From the NCBI GenBank assembly GCA_964016885.1, contig OZ024746.1, forward strand, positions 26,164,001-26,228,000: 64,000 nt of DNA, given 5' to 3'. The DNA is from Eledone cirrhosa. Its lineage: Eukaryota. Under the pieces are notes generated by a model, which had not been told where the DNA came from, made no database searches, and saw nothing but the letters and a program-made list of their open reading frames with translations. Of this stretch, positions 1 to 13,014 are shown piece by piece (the stretch's first letter is position 1; every line of letters begins with the position of its first letter). The position numbers were made by a program, and so were the translations under genes.

Positions 1-659
1 TTATCTACCTTCACATTATATATATATATATATATGATGGTATTTAATTCATATATGTCATACATTTTTAGCACTTATTTAGACACATACACTAAGATTT
101 TAAGAGTCATTAGCACTTACTTTGTCAGAATATCAAAATGATTTGTCTGATATTCCTTTATCTTACCTCTTCAGGTCAATGTTTCATTGTTTCACTTATT
201 TTATTTTACTATTTAGTCAGGGAGTGAAGGGTAGGGCCAATGACTCTTTTCAGGACCTTAAAGACTGGTAGGAGGAATGGACAGTGCCTGTGACCCTTAT
301 CAAGGCCTCAAAGACTGTTTGAGTGAGAAGAAATTATCCTTATACAGGATACCAGGTTCAAATGCTTCCAAAAGAGTTGACTCTGGCAAAGGTGACCAAT
401 GATGTTAGACTGAGTTATAGAGTATGTCTATTCCACAAATAGGCCAGGGTGAGATTTGAACTCAGAACACAAATAGTCAGAACTAATACCTCAATAAATC
501 TTACTTGACACTAACAATTCCACCAATCCACTGGCTTGGACTGGTATTTTGTCTTATTGCACTTGAAAAGATAAAAGGCAAAGTTGACCTCAGCAGAGGG
601 CAGAACCAATACAAAAATGTTAATGACCCAAAAACCTTCTGAGATCTAGAATGGCTTTT

Positions 660-950
660 ACATTAATGTCTGACTACTACACAGTAAACACCCACTAAAA
701 TGTCCTACTATTAGATAGCACACACTCATTAAATTCTCCTACTATTACATATAACACATCTATTAAAATGTTCAGCTAATACACAGCACAAACCCATTAA
801 ATTGACCCACTATTGCAGAGCATACGGCTATTAAATTATCCAACTCTTGCATATCACACAGCCATTAAATTGTCCCATTACATACCACAACCCCATTAAA
901 ATGTCACATTACTACATACCAAATACCTATTAAAATGTCACACTAATACA
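660..950. repeat. Diverged minisatellite (~35-40 bp unit)
   Basis: Recurrent motif ATTAAA(A/T)TG..C.ACTA.TAC.A..ACAC.C about 8 times, heavily diverged. Confidence 0.6.
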
Positions 951-1779
951 ACAATATGTTTGAAGCAACTATAGATTTGTGTGTAAAACCACTTGCTTTC
1001 TGCCTGCCTGCCCATGCTCTCTCTCGTTCTCTCATATTTATGTGTGCTACGTGTGCGTGTGCGTGTGTGTGTGTGTCAGTTTCTCTTAGATATGTCTTTT
1101 TCTCACACTCACAAACACACACATAATATCAATTTTCATTTCCTCTCCTCAACCGTCTTAGGCTCAAATAACAGCACCACTCTCCCCCCCAGTCCTCAGT
1201 CTCTATGACTCTTCACCTCGTTTCGAAGCATTCTTTATTCAACTAAATCAAAAGTTATTTTATGTTTGTAGCCAGCCACAGAGTAGTTTATAGTCAATTA
1301 ATTTAAGAGTGTCACAGTTTCCATCCATCCTTCTCCTCTTATCTCACTGAGCAACCATCTTATCTTTTCTCTTATTAAGCAATAATCACCCGGCTGAGCA
1401 GTCTAACATAACAAACGGTAATATGGGAGGAATCAAAGTAAAACTAATTTGCCATTATTAAGCCAATAACTTTAACATTTTTCTCCTCATAATCACCTTT
1501 GTGTCTGTGTTGTTGTGTCTGTCTGTCCATCCGCCCGCTCTCTTTCTACTAACACTAACATAACATGTCAGCTAGAGATTAGCGGACTTGATTATACATC
1601 ACAAGTCTTGTAAAAGTTGCAATGTTATAATTAAGGACAATAACATTTCAGTGAAGAGATTCTGTTGAATTATATTGTTTTATATGACACACTTCTGGTA
1701 ATAAATAATCTAACCACAGGCTATAGTGCTAACCTGTTGTAGTTAAACAATCTGGATTGTTCACTGAAAATATCTGTCT

Positions 1780-1845
1780 TGTTAGTAACCATGTAAACCA
1801 TTGTTAGTAACCATGTAAACCATTGTTAGTAACCATGTAAACCAT
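1780..1845. repeat. 22-bp tandem repeat x3
   Basis: GTTAGTAACCATGTAAACCATT repeated three times. Confidence 0.9.
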
Positions 1846-2678
1846 TTAAGTAATTTTCTAATTAGGTTAACCCTTTACATACCAGACTGCCTGAAAATGC
1901 CTTTGGTTTTACGATGCAAAACTGCATATTTGAAAGTATTTGTATTTATCTAAATATAAAGACTCCATCAAAATTTTATGTAAGAACCTTTGCTAAGTTT
2001 TATTCCAAACACAAACTTAATGAGAAAGTTACTAAATCCCTTTAAATTTTTGTGATTCTTCTTCCTCTTTTCTCCTTACGCCTTTTACATTACTTTACAT
2101 TTGTTTTCCTTTACTTTCTCCTATTGCCACTGGATTTCATTGCCAGAATATTTGCCCATCTGCATTGTAGAGGCTCCCAAACTGACTATTTTTCATATAT
2201 ATATATATATATATATATTCACCCACATATATACACACAATTGTTTTTTTTTTAATCATATTTTTCTGTCAACTATTAATCCCCAGTCATATCTGAAAAT
2301 ATATTTTGTGAACTTTGTGATAAACAAAATCATGTTCTAACACATCTCCACCTTCCTGTTGTTGGCCATCTTCCATTTCCTGTCCACCTACAACCACTTA
2401 TTAAGCTTATCATAAACATTCTATAAACCTACACAATTGGCAACATAGTTACTCTGAATAAAATAAGACTGCATGAGGGAAGACATGGGCTCCATAGGGT
2501 ATAGTCAAGACAACCCATCTAGATGTTAATTATTCCTGATACAAGACAGAAAGGACTCATAAGTCCAGCCAGACAAACTCTCTAGGGCTGGTGACACGAA
2601 TAATACACCCAGTCCATATTGTAAAGTGGCTGGTGACAGAATGCTTCGAAGAATGTGCAAGGTTTAATATGCGAAAAC

Positions 2679-2723
<45 letters not shown>

Positions 2724-2855
2724 GGCCAACTAAATATGCATGTCTGGTTTTTTTTTTTTGGGGGGGGGGGTCACCCCTTTTTTTTTCCTTATATTTTCCC
2801 ATTCATTTCCTCTTATCATTCTTTACTTTCTATTTGTCTTCTATTTCTAACTCTA

Positions 2856-2891
2856 TCTTCTGATGAAGGACTAGTGTCCAAAACGTTAAGA
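2856..2891 (+). ncRNA. Degenerate Penelope-type minimal hammerhead ribozyme (copy 1)
   Basis: TCTT-CTGATGA-A-GGAC-TAGT-GTCC-AAAAC-GTT-AAGA. Stem I is TCTT/AAGA and stem II is GGAC/GTCC. The core GAAAC has G12>A, so it is probably inactive. Confidence 0.65.
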
Positions 2892-3124
2892 CTCTCTTCC
2901 TGCTATTTCAAGTATAAAACTAATATATTTCTTCCATGTACTGTGCTGTTATTTTTGTTATTTCTGTTTACCTTTTATACGTACACACACACACACTGTA
3001 GTTCCAACAGTACACTACTAACACTAATTAGTATTAATTACAAATTTGGAGAGGTGCACTTTTTTTTTAGACTACCTCAATTATTGTGCAGCAGATATTT
3101 TATGACTGTTTTATTTTACATTGA

Positions 3125-4175
3125 ATGAACAATAATAAAAGCAACAGCAACAACAGCAACAACGACAACAACAGCAACAACAACAAAAACAACAGCAACA
3201 ATGACAACAACTACAACAATGACAACAACTACAACAATGACAACAGCAGCAGCAACAACAACAATTACAACAGTTTTAGCAACAACAATAATAACAATAA
3301 CAACAAGAATTATGGCAACAACAACAACAACAATAATAATAAGAATGACAACACCAGCAACAACAACAATAACCACTACATCAACAATAGTAACTACAAC
3401 AAATATAATAACAAAAAGAATTATAACAAGTATAACAACAACAACCACCACCACAATGACAGCAACCACCACCACCACGACAACCACCACCACCACCACG
3501 ACAACAACAACCAGCACAACAACAACAAACACCACCACAACAACAGACAACAACCACCACCATAACAACCACTGCAACAACAACCACCACCACCACCACC
3601 ACAATAACAACCACTACAACAACAACCACCACAACAACAACAACCAGCACAACAACAACAAATACCACCACCACCACCACCACCAGACAACAACAACCAC
3701 CACCACAATAACAACCACTACAACAACCACCACCACCACTACAACAACAACGACAACAACCACCACCACCACAACAACCATCACCACCACCACCACTACA
3801 ACAACAATGACAACAACAACAACCACTACAACAACAACAACAACAACAACCACCACATCAATGACAACAACAACCACCACAACATCAATGACAACAACAA
3901 CCACCACCACTACAACGACAACAACCACTACAACAACAACAACAACCACCACAACGACAACAACAACAGCAACAACCCCACCACTTCACCACCAACACCA
4001 CCACCACCACCACAACAACAACAATGGCAGCAACAAGCACTACATCAAAAATAGTAACTACAGAACAAGAACGATAACAACAACAACTACAGCAGCAGCA
4101 ACAACAACATTCACTGAGAGATGAGAGAGAGAGAGAGAGAGAGAAAATAACAACAACAACAACAACATACAACAT
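3125..4175. repeat. Compound (CAA/CAC/CAG)n trinucleotide microsatellite
   Basis: About 1 kb of CAA/CAC triplets. The poly-T/N/H/V ORFs are translations of this repeat. Confidence 0.95.
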
Positions 4176-4251
4176 ATTTATATCTCCAACAATGAATATA
4201 GTCTATTGTGTGTCAATAATAGAAATATCATATTTTGCAGGAATTTCTGGG

Positions 4252-4293
<42 letters not shown>

Positions 4294-4456
4294 CCTTTTA
4301 TTATTATTTTGAAATAAGTGAATTGAGAATAAGACCAGGAAACATATGAATAGTCCTACCAATAACTATAGTGGTGTTCAATGGAATCAATAATAGAAGA
4401 GGTGGAGAGGGGGTGGGGAAGGAGGTGTGGGGGGGGAGGTGAGGATGTGATTGATT

Positions 4457-4490
<34 letters not shown>

Positions 4491-4629
4491 CTTGAATGAT
4501 TGTTGTTTTTTTTTTATTTTTTATTTGTTTTTTTTTTTAAATTAGTTGTAACTTCTATTGACTCAGATCACATATAGGATAGCTTTGGTGTGATCACAGC
4601 TGATATCATGGAGATTTAATACACACAAT

Positions 4630-5100
4630 TGATTATGATGGTGATGATGGTGGTGATGATGATGATGATGGTGGTGGTGATGATGGTGGTGAGGGTGATG
4701 ATGGTGGTGGTGAGGGTGATGATGATGATGGTGATGATGATGGTACTGAGGGTGATGATGGTAGTACTGAGGGTGATGATGATGATGGTGAGGGTGATGA
4801 TGATGATGGTGAGGGTGATGATGGTGAGGGTGATGATGGTGGTGGTGAGGGTGATGATGATGATGGTGGTGAGGATGATGATGCTGGTGATGAGGGTGAT
4901 GATGATGGTGGTGAGGGTGATGAAGATGATTATGATGGTGGTGGTGACGATTTAATATACACAATTGATGATGATGATGGTGGTGGTTATGATGGTGATG
5001 GTGATGGTGGTGGTGGTGATGATGGTGATGGTGATGATGATGGTGATAGTGATGATGAAGATGATTATGGTGGTGGTGGTGATGATAGTGATGATGATCA
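4630..5100. repeat. Compound (GAT/GGT)n microsatellite
   Basis: Direct reading; gives spurious poly-His and poly-Met/Val ORFs. Confidence 0.95.
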
Positions 5101-5137
5101 CCACTTGTATGGTATACACATTACATGATGTATATTG

Positions 5138-5400
5138 ATCATCATCATCATCGTTTAACGTCCATCTTCCACGCTAGCATGGGTTAGACGGGAGTTGTCC
5201 CACTTGAGGCAAGGTTGGTCGGGTGACCATGTCTCACTCATGTAGGGCTATCTGGCAGGTTTTCTACGGCTGGATGCCCTTCCTAACACCAACCACATTT
5301 ACAGTGTGGAATTGGGAACTTTTTACCGTGTTACCTACACGGCCACATTACAGCGTAGACTGTGTGTTTTTTTGTCATGACACCTACACAATCTCGATCT
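5138..5400 (-). mobile_element. SINE-like element, (ATG)n-tailed family
   Basis: (CAT)n-CGTTTAACGTCCATCTTCC...GGCTGGATGCCCTTCCTAACACCAACCAC. Same family at 9632, 35030, 61190, 63370 and elsewhere. Confidence 0.8.
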
Positions 5401-5989
5401 CATTATCTCATTTATTTGTACTGGATGTTGTGGTCATTATCTCATTTATTTGGACTGGATGTTGATAAAAATATTAATTATAGATTTAATATATATGATT
5501 CCCCACCTTCCTTGGAAAGACCGAGACAATACAGAGTAGAAAGGGCCCTCAGTACATGTTGAGTACCTGAGAATCAATCTGGTAGGAAATGCCAAATTCT
5601 TGATTAAATTTAAAACGAATTGAAAACTATAGGTAGTGTTTTTTGTTGTTTGTTTTTAATTAGGAATATGATAATGAAAGGGTTAAACAAGGAGACATAT
5701 TAAGTCCATAACATATGTACGCCATGACTAGATTTTAAATCAGAATGCAAAGATTCTGGACAAGAATGTCCAATGGGCTAACAGTTCTGTCAATTCAATA
5801 AATTGGACTGTTACATTACTTCACAGACCTCAGAAGAATGAAAAGTTAAGTTGACCATAGCAGGAATTGAACAGAGAGCACAAAGATTCAGAATAAATAC
5901 CACAAGGCATTGTGTCTTATACTCTAACAAGTGTCAAATCACCACCTATATATTATAAACATCAGATGATGTATAAAAGTATAAATACC

Positions 5990-6275
5990 CCCATCAGTCA
6001 CAAATGACCCTGGGATTTACACTTAGAAAGTTCCCCTTCAAGGCACACGTCTCTACAAAGTGTTTTTGTGGAAGACCAGCAGTTGCCCATGCATACCAGT
6101 CTTTCCATGCCACAGATATTGTCCAAGAGAAAGGCAATAGCCAATACAGCTTAGCACAAGTGATGTCACAACTCCTTTCTACAGCTGAGTGAACTGGATC
6201 AACGTGAAATAAAGAGTCTTGCTTAAAAACACGACACATCACCTAGTCCAGAAATCAAACTCATAACCTCATAAT
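5990..6275 (-). mobile_element. tRNA-derived CORE-like SINE
   Basis: Reverse complement of the family at 55520-55800 and 63190-63335, with a ...AAGCAAGAC.CTTTATTTC...CAGTTCA.TCAGCTGT core. Confidence 0.7.
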
Positions 6276-6849
6276 CCCATATGTTTTCACTAGATGATAT
6301 ATAATGATAGACTCTTATAAAGTTTCTTTAGTAGTGAGACAATAACTTTTCTTCCCTCTCCTTCCACTTATCCTTTAGTTCCTTTTGTTTCTCTTGGAGC
6401 ATTGGGCTATGAGGGGTCCCCATTCTGCACAGTTGCAAACCATTGCCCAGGCCTGCTACCAGGACAGATATCTGCTTGTTGTTTCTGTAGCAACTTTTAT
6501 TAATAGGAGTAAGGTTGCTAGCCTCAAGCACCTTTCCCACCCCCCTTCTTAACACAGGCAATAACTACTGAAATATTGTTGTTGTTGTTAAGCTTTTCAT
6601 GACCAAATTTCCAATGAAATACACTGCATTTCAATTATTTACTGAAGAATTTGAAGGGCTTTACTAAAATTAATAATCATTTCATTATTAAGATGGTATT
6701 TTCAACAAAACAAAAGGTTCTTGTGTGAATTTTTGAAGGGAAGTTTTACTTTAAATAGGAACCCTTTAAAATGTGTAGTTTTGTTTCATAGAACCAGAGG
6801 TGGTTTTAGCCGAGATGGTATCAAAAGTGTTAATGAACTGAAAAATAAT

Positions 6850-7069
6850 TACCATATATACTCAAATATAAGCCGATACAAATATAAGCTGACACCACCA
6901 TTTTATGTCTGAGAAATGGGCAAAAATCCAAACCTTATTTACATAGAATTTGAAGTTGGTAAAAATTGTTAAAATATTGACTCCGAATAGAAGCAGACCG
7001 CTACCTCTTCTATTATTGATTTTTTGGTCACATATTCCTCAGTTTATATTTGAATATATATATATGGTA
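6850..7069. mobile_element. Tigger/pogo-like MITE (copy 1)
   Basis: Imperfect TIRs TA-CCATATATACTCAAATATAA / TTATATTTGAATATATATATATGG-TA. Homologous over its whole length to 59549-59759. Confidence 0.75.
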
Positions 7070-7229
7070 AGTTTACTTAAGTCATGAAATATATAGAGTT
7101 CTAGCATAGATATTTCTTATTTATCTAATTATGTCACCAAATATATGCATGTAATGTAAATTAAACTGGCCATTTCAAGTATTTTTTATATTCTGTATGA
7201 CATATATGGCATTGCTATAGAAATATTTC

Positions 7230-7500
7230 ATAGGCAGCAAATGGGTAGAGTTGTTAGAATGCTTAGCAGGATTTGCTCAAATCTTGCCACGGTCTACTTT
7301 GTTTTTCATCCTTCCGAGGTCAATAAAAAAGTACTAGTCCAGTACTGGGATCAATTCCTACTCTATATCTCTTTCTTAGTTCCTCTCTATCACTCTCTTT
7401 CTTTACTCTGGAATAAATTGGCCATATTCAGATTGGGAGAGGGGATAGGCTCTGCCAGATTTAAACAAAGATGTCCAAGAAATGTCACATGTCACTAAAG
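7230..7500 (+). mobile_element. tRNA-derived SINE (CTTTGCCTTTCATCC family)
   Basis: Diverged match to the abundant family at 11750, 13015, 38590, 50945 and 57555. Confidence 0.65.
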
Positions 7501-8428
7501 TACTCCTACCAATCTACCAGAAGTTATGGGTCCATAATGCATACATATATAGCAATATTCTACTGTAAATAGAATCATAGGAGTAGATATTTTCTGATTA
7601 GATGACAATAATTGTTGAATAATTGGTATAATAATAATCTTATATTTTTCAGTGCATGGAGGAATATTTAAAAGTGTTCATTCTTTTCCCTGGTAAGGCA
7701 TCCAATTGAAACATGCTAGTTATATGATATTAACCTTAAGTTCACATGAAACTTAGATTTTAGTCTTCAGTTGAAAAGTTATGTGATGTGTAGCTAATTT
7801 GAGTGATGAGTGGAGCAGTAAATGGCAGTATAATGGTGTAGTAAACAGCAGTATGATGGTGCTGTAAATAATGGTTTAGTGGAGTAGTAAACGATGGTGT
7901 AATGGTGTGGCAGTGCTGTAAATGACAGTATAATGGTGTAGAAAACAGTGGTGTGTTGTTGTAGTAAATAGTAGTGTAGTGTTGTAGTAGTGTTGTAGTG
8001 GTGCTGTAAGTAGTGGTGTAGTGGAGCAGTAAACGGTGGTGTAATAAATAGTGGTGTAGTGAACATTAGTGTGGTGGTGGGGTGGAGTAATAATTAGTTT
8101 GTTTAAAATAAAATGTGAACAATCTACCTGTCACATGAAATAATTAATCTTTTTTCCATTAAGTAGTTGATTATCTAATCAGTTTGAGGTGTCAGCAATT
8201 TACTGTAGAATGGCCAAGACATTTTTATAGCTAAGAGAAGCTAAAAGTACATATATATATAGAGAGAGGGGGGGGGAGGTTGGAGACCACATGGAATGGA
8301 GAGGTCAGAGACTACATGGAATGGAGAAGTCAGAGACTACATGGAGTGGACAGGTCCCTTTCAGCCTGCAATATTCAAATACATTCTCGCTTCGTCTTGA
8401 TCAGAGATTATATTTTCATATATATATA

Positions 8429-9616
8429 TATAAGAAAGTAAGTCCATAGAATCATTAGATAAAATATATACAGTATTTCTTCTCCCAATCAGCATAATCA
8501 ACCATACAAAAAAATCATTTAAATGAAGCTATAAGTTTAAAATATAACTATGAAGAAATAATAGATAAATAAATGATAGCTTTTTATCCGCAATTCACAG
8601 CCACAGAAAATTTACCTAGTATTTCTGATAGGTATATTTTAAACTTATAGCCTCGTTTAAATGATTTTTTGTATGGTTGATTATGCTGATTGGGAGAAGA
8701 AATACTACTTATATTTTATCTAATGATTCTATGGACTTAGTTTCTTATAGATTACTCTGATTGTTGATTTAATTAATTGATTAATTATTTAATTAATTAT
8801 TTAATTAATTAATTCGTCATTGAGCCACACTGTGAATGGTTGCCAAAAACATATATATATGTCTATGGCTCTGTCTAGTTTATGTGTATGTAAACTTCTA
8901 AATTTTATATACTCCCGTAAGGTTGAGTAAAACTTTAGGCAGTATTCGGCTGCGCTTTCTAGCAACCAGTCTACTCACCGACAGGCACCAATCACAAGCT
9001 TTCTGACTTGACCACTAGCCATGTGACAATTCTTAGCCATTTTGAATTCGTTTCTGGCGGGGGATCATTTAAGAAAAATCTTTGTCCAATTGAGTTTGTC
9101 TCCTGATGATTTCGAAACTTGTTGATTTATCCAAGATTGGATATTTCCAAAAAGCGAATGAAATCTCTGGAGGTAGAGATATATTTGATGATTTTAGTGT
9201 GTTTATGTACACTTTTTCTTCTAATTTTGATTTTGTACCTAATTATGTATGGTTAACTGTATGTCTAGTCAATTTCTACAGGCTATCAGAAATACTAGGT
9301 AAATTTTCTGTGGCCGTGAATCGCGGATAAAAAGCTATCATTTATTTATCTATTATTTCTTCATAGGTATATTTTAAACTTATAGCCTCGTTTAAATGAT
9401 TTTTTGTATGGTTGATTATGCTAATTGGGAGAAGAAATACTGTATATATTTTATCTAATGATTCTATGGACTTACTTTCTTATAGATTGCTCTGATTGTT
9501 GATTATTTAATTAATTAATTCGTCATTGAGCCACACCGTGAAGGGTTGCCAAAAACATATATATATATATCTATGGCTCTGTCTAGTTTATGTGTATGTA
9601 AACTTCTAAATTTTAT
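8429..9616 (+). mobile_element. Non-coding element with long terminal direct repeats plus an inverted 5' segment (Penelope-like architecture)
   Basis: 8628-8908 is directly repeated at 9363-9616. 8429-8631 is the reverse complement of 9283-9484. Both ends are embedded in (TA)n. Confidence 0.6.
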
Positions 9617-9631
9617 GTATATATATATATA

Positions 9632-9772
9632 TCATCATCATCATCGTTTAACGTCTATCTTCCATGCTAGCATGGGTTTAGACGGGAATTGTCCCACGTG
9701 AGGCAAGATTGGTTGTTTTGCTCATATAGGACTGTCTGGCAGGTTTTCTACAGCTGGATGCCCTTCCTAACA

Positions 9773-9822
<50 letters not shown>

Positions 9823-10088
9823 TATATATAATATGCCCCCACACCCTCCCACTGCAAGGTGGTCGTGGAGGTGCCACGGCAAAAAAGCACCCAGCCCACA
9901 CTGTAAAGTGGACGTGTAGGCGCCACGAAAAAGCACCCAGCACTCACTGTAAATGTGGTTGGTGTTAGGAAGGGCATCCAGCTGTAGAAATCAAGCCAAA
10001 TCAGTTCCTGTATGAACAAGGCATGGTCAGCCGACCAGACACTGCCCACAACAGGACAACCCGTCTAACCCATGCTAGCGTGATGATG
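9632..10088. mobile_element. Head-to-head pair of (ATG)n-tailed SINEs
   Basis: CTACAGCTGGATGCCCTTCCTAACACCA (~9748) and its reverse complement (~9960). CATGCTAGCATGGGTT and AACCCATGCTAGCGTG lie at the outer ends. Confidence 0.8.
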
Positions 10089-10155
10089 ATATATGTGCTA
10101 TCGTGTAAAAATGGAGCTAAAATGATAATGATGATGATGATGATATATATATAAA

Positions 10156-10892
10156 TCTGTATATATATAAAATTAAGTATGTCTGTGTGTCTGTGTATTA
10201 CCTATAGGGGTCTACATCTTACAACCGATTTTCATGAAACTTTACAGGCTCATAGATTATCATTGGGGAGTGTTTTTTATATATCAGCATATAATTTTTT
10301 TTATTCCGGGGTCATTCTGCAGATAAAAATCACTTTTTTTTTAGGTATCGAAAAATAAGATTTTTGGCTCTAGCTCCCACATTTTGCCACCGATTTCGTT
10401 CAAATTTTAAAGCAAAATAGAATTTATCATTGCACATCCTGTAATGGCTTTATATTTTGCATTTGTTGTTCAGGGACGGTGTGGCAGCCGCTTAAATATT
10501 CAAAAATACCACTTTTAGACTCAAATTTCCACTTTGTTCAAATTTTACACTACGCTAGATCTGATTATTTCACGTCTTAAAGTGGCTTTATATTTTGGAT
10601 TTTTTGTTCAGGAACGGCGTGGCAGACGCTTAAATATTCGAAAATACCACCTTTTTGGCTCTAGCTCCCATATCTTTCAACCGATTTCATTCAAATTCGA
10701 AACTTCCTCCCCCAGTATGCCCCTTCGTCAGTCACCCGCGTTTCTCAGTGATAGAGGTCATCACCACCATCCCCTGCATGGCCTGTGTGTGGCCATAGAT
10801 GAGTCATCGAGTAGCAGTCGCTAAGATCAACACCTTTTCATCAAAGCAGATATTATTTTACCTACCCAGGCAACACTGGGTACTGCTGCTAG
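10156..10892 (+). mobile_element. Non-autonomous Helitron
   Basis: A|TC(TGTATATATATAAAA) 5' end, 3' hairpin TACCCAG-GCAACA-CTGGGTA followed by CTAG|T, no TSD. Internal ~110-bp imperfect repeats. Confidence 0.85.
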
Positions 10893-11240
10893 TAATATAT
10901 ATTGACAGTCGATCAACTTCCGTCAAATTGGACTGAAGAAACAACGTTTCCAAGTAGAAGGAGCGACGTGTCCAAGATTCGAAATCACCACCTCACGATT
11001 GTGAATCCAATTCTCTAATCACTAGCCACACGCCTTCACATAATACATATATATATATATATTATATATAAATAATATGTGTGTGTGTATATACATATAC
11101 ACACACACACCAATATTTCAGTAAAATGAATGGCAACTGAGAAAATACTGTATTTGTGTCCAATAAATTATATACACCTAATTAATTACATAATCACTAA
11201 TTGGAAGTATTCACATTAATTAATACAATACATTTTCTAA

Positions 11241-11295
<55 letters not shown>

Positions 11296-11749
11296 TTCAC
11301 AGCAAAGCTACACCCAGTTTTGTTGACACACACAAATCTATATTTCTTCATATGTATTCCATGCTCGATTATATATGAGAGAGAGAGGGGGGGAGGGATA
11401 GAGAGAGGGAGAGAGAAAGGGAGAGAGGGAGGGAGAAAGGGAGGGAGAGAGAGAGAGAGGGAGAAAGGGAGAGGGAGAGAATGTGCATGTGAAATTAAAT
11501 ATAATGAAAATAACAGTCTATTAACTAATTAGTACACTTCACGCTTGTTTAAAATGCAACAGTTAAGTTTATAATTCCATACATATACAACTTTTTAAAG
11601 AAGTGTTTAAAAATGTTAATTTGTTCATGGCATAATTAGATAATAATTAATTAGATGTAAATTATATTCTATATTTTGTATATTTCAATTATGTTCCTTT
11701 AATAGTGAAATGCTCTCAGATGTGGAACAGCACATTTATATTTATTATT

Positions 11750-12060
11750 AGCAGTATGCTTTGTGGCATAGAGTTACGGCCCTTTGCATTCTAAGTTCAA
11801 ATCCCGTCAAGTTTAGCTTTGTCTTTCATCCTTACGGGGTCGATGAATAAAGCACCAGTAATGCACTGGAGTTGATTTAATCGACTTTCCCCTTGCACCA
11901 AATTGCTGGCCTTGTGCCTAAAGCAGCTTGCTTCACAGCCACATTGGTTTAGGTTCAGTTCCACTGGGTTGAACGGCACCTGGGGCAAGTGTCTTCTACA
12001 ATAGGCTCAGGTTGACCAATACATTGTGAGTAAAATCTGGTAGACAGAAACTGCAGAACT
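11750..12060 (+). mobile_element. Two adjacent tRNA-derived SINEs
   Basis: GTTCAAATCC B-box followed by CTTTCATCCTTACGGGGTCGAT. A second family follows (GCTTGCTTC...GGTTCAGTTCCACTG...GGGCAAGTGTCTTCTAC), also seen at 18945, 19990 and 60415. Confidence 0.75.
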
Positions 12061-13014
12061 CTATCTTACATATCTCATCATCATTTTACATCTGCTTTCC
12101 ATAATGGCATGGGTTAGACAGGTCGTTACAGTCTGAGACTAGACTGATGAAGGAATGATGTCTTCACATTTAGCATGGTTTCTTAGACATTGGGAAGGGT
12201 ATGCAGTCAACCACTTTACTGAGTGTATTGGGTACATTTTATTGTGACACCAGCACTACCATTTTACACCATAAAATGTATCCAATACATTATGTAAAGT
12301 GGTAATGCTGCTGTTACGATAAAATGCACCCAGTAGATGTGTATGGTAGAAGTCCCTTGCTTAATGTTTCAAGTGGTGGGACCGAACCCAAAGCCACATA
12401 GTTGTGAAGCAAACTTAACCACACAACCATGCCTGCACCTATACCTGAATTTATTTACTGCATCAGTATTTTTGCTTTATGTTGCTTATACCTATATTGT
12501 TTGAGAAGTTACTTACTGATCTTAATCCTTTCCACCTGAAACCAACCCTAATTTTGTAATAGGAAACCTCTCATTTTAAGTCATTTATTTTAATATAAAA
12601 GCCTTCCAGCATAATTTTATGTAAAACCTTTGTTATGCTCCAAACACCAACTGAATAATGCCCCAAGTTACTTATTTTACTTAATCCTTTCAAATACTTG
12701 GTTATTTTTAAATTATTTGAAATGCAAAGGAAATATCTTTTATTAGAAATATGGTAACAAAAGATTAAATAATCTTTTAGATTTCTTTTTTCTTGCTTTG
12801 ATATTTAATTCCTCTCTTGTTATAGGTATTTTGGTAAGGTCATCAAACATATCTCAGCAGCCAGTGTGATAACTACTACTATATAGAAAAGATTGGGAGG
12901 GGAGCTTGACAAAGTCAAATAATTATTTCCTGCCAATCTTTAAGTCTGATCATCTTCAATGTGAATTCTAAGTATAGTATATATATAGTATATATATAGT
13001 ATATCATTAATATG

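Noticed and set aside
4405-4445. G-quadruplex candidate (also 24503-24535)
   Set aside because: G-runs lie within low-complexity purine tracts common throughout this genome, with no context suggesting function.
3116-4964. Mucin-like poly-Thr and His-rich proteins
   Set aside because: Pure trinucleotide microsatellites open in several frames, with no splice or signal-peptide support.
12143-12170. CTGATGAAGGA motif as a hammerhead
   Set aside because: No GAAA or NUH downstream; it lies inside a SINE body.
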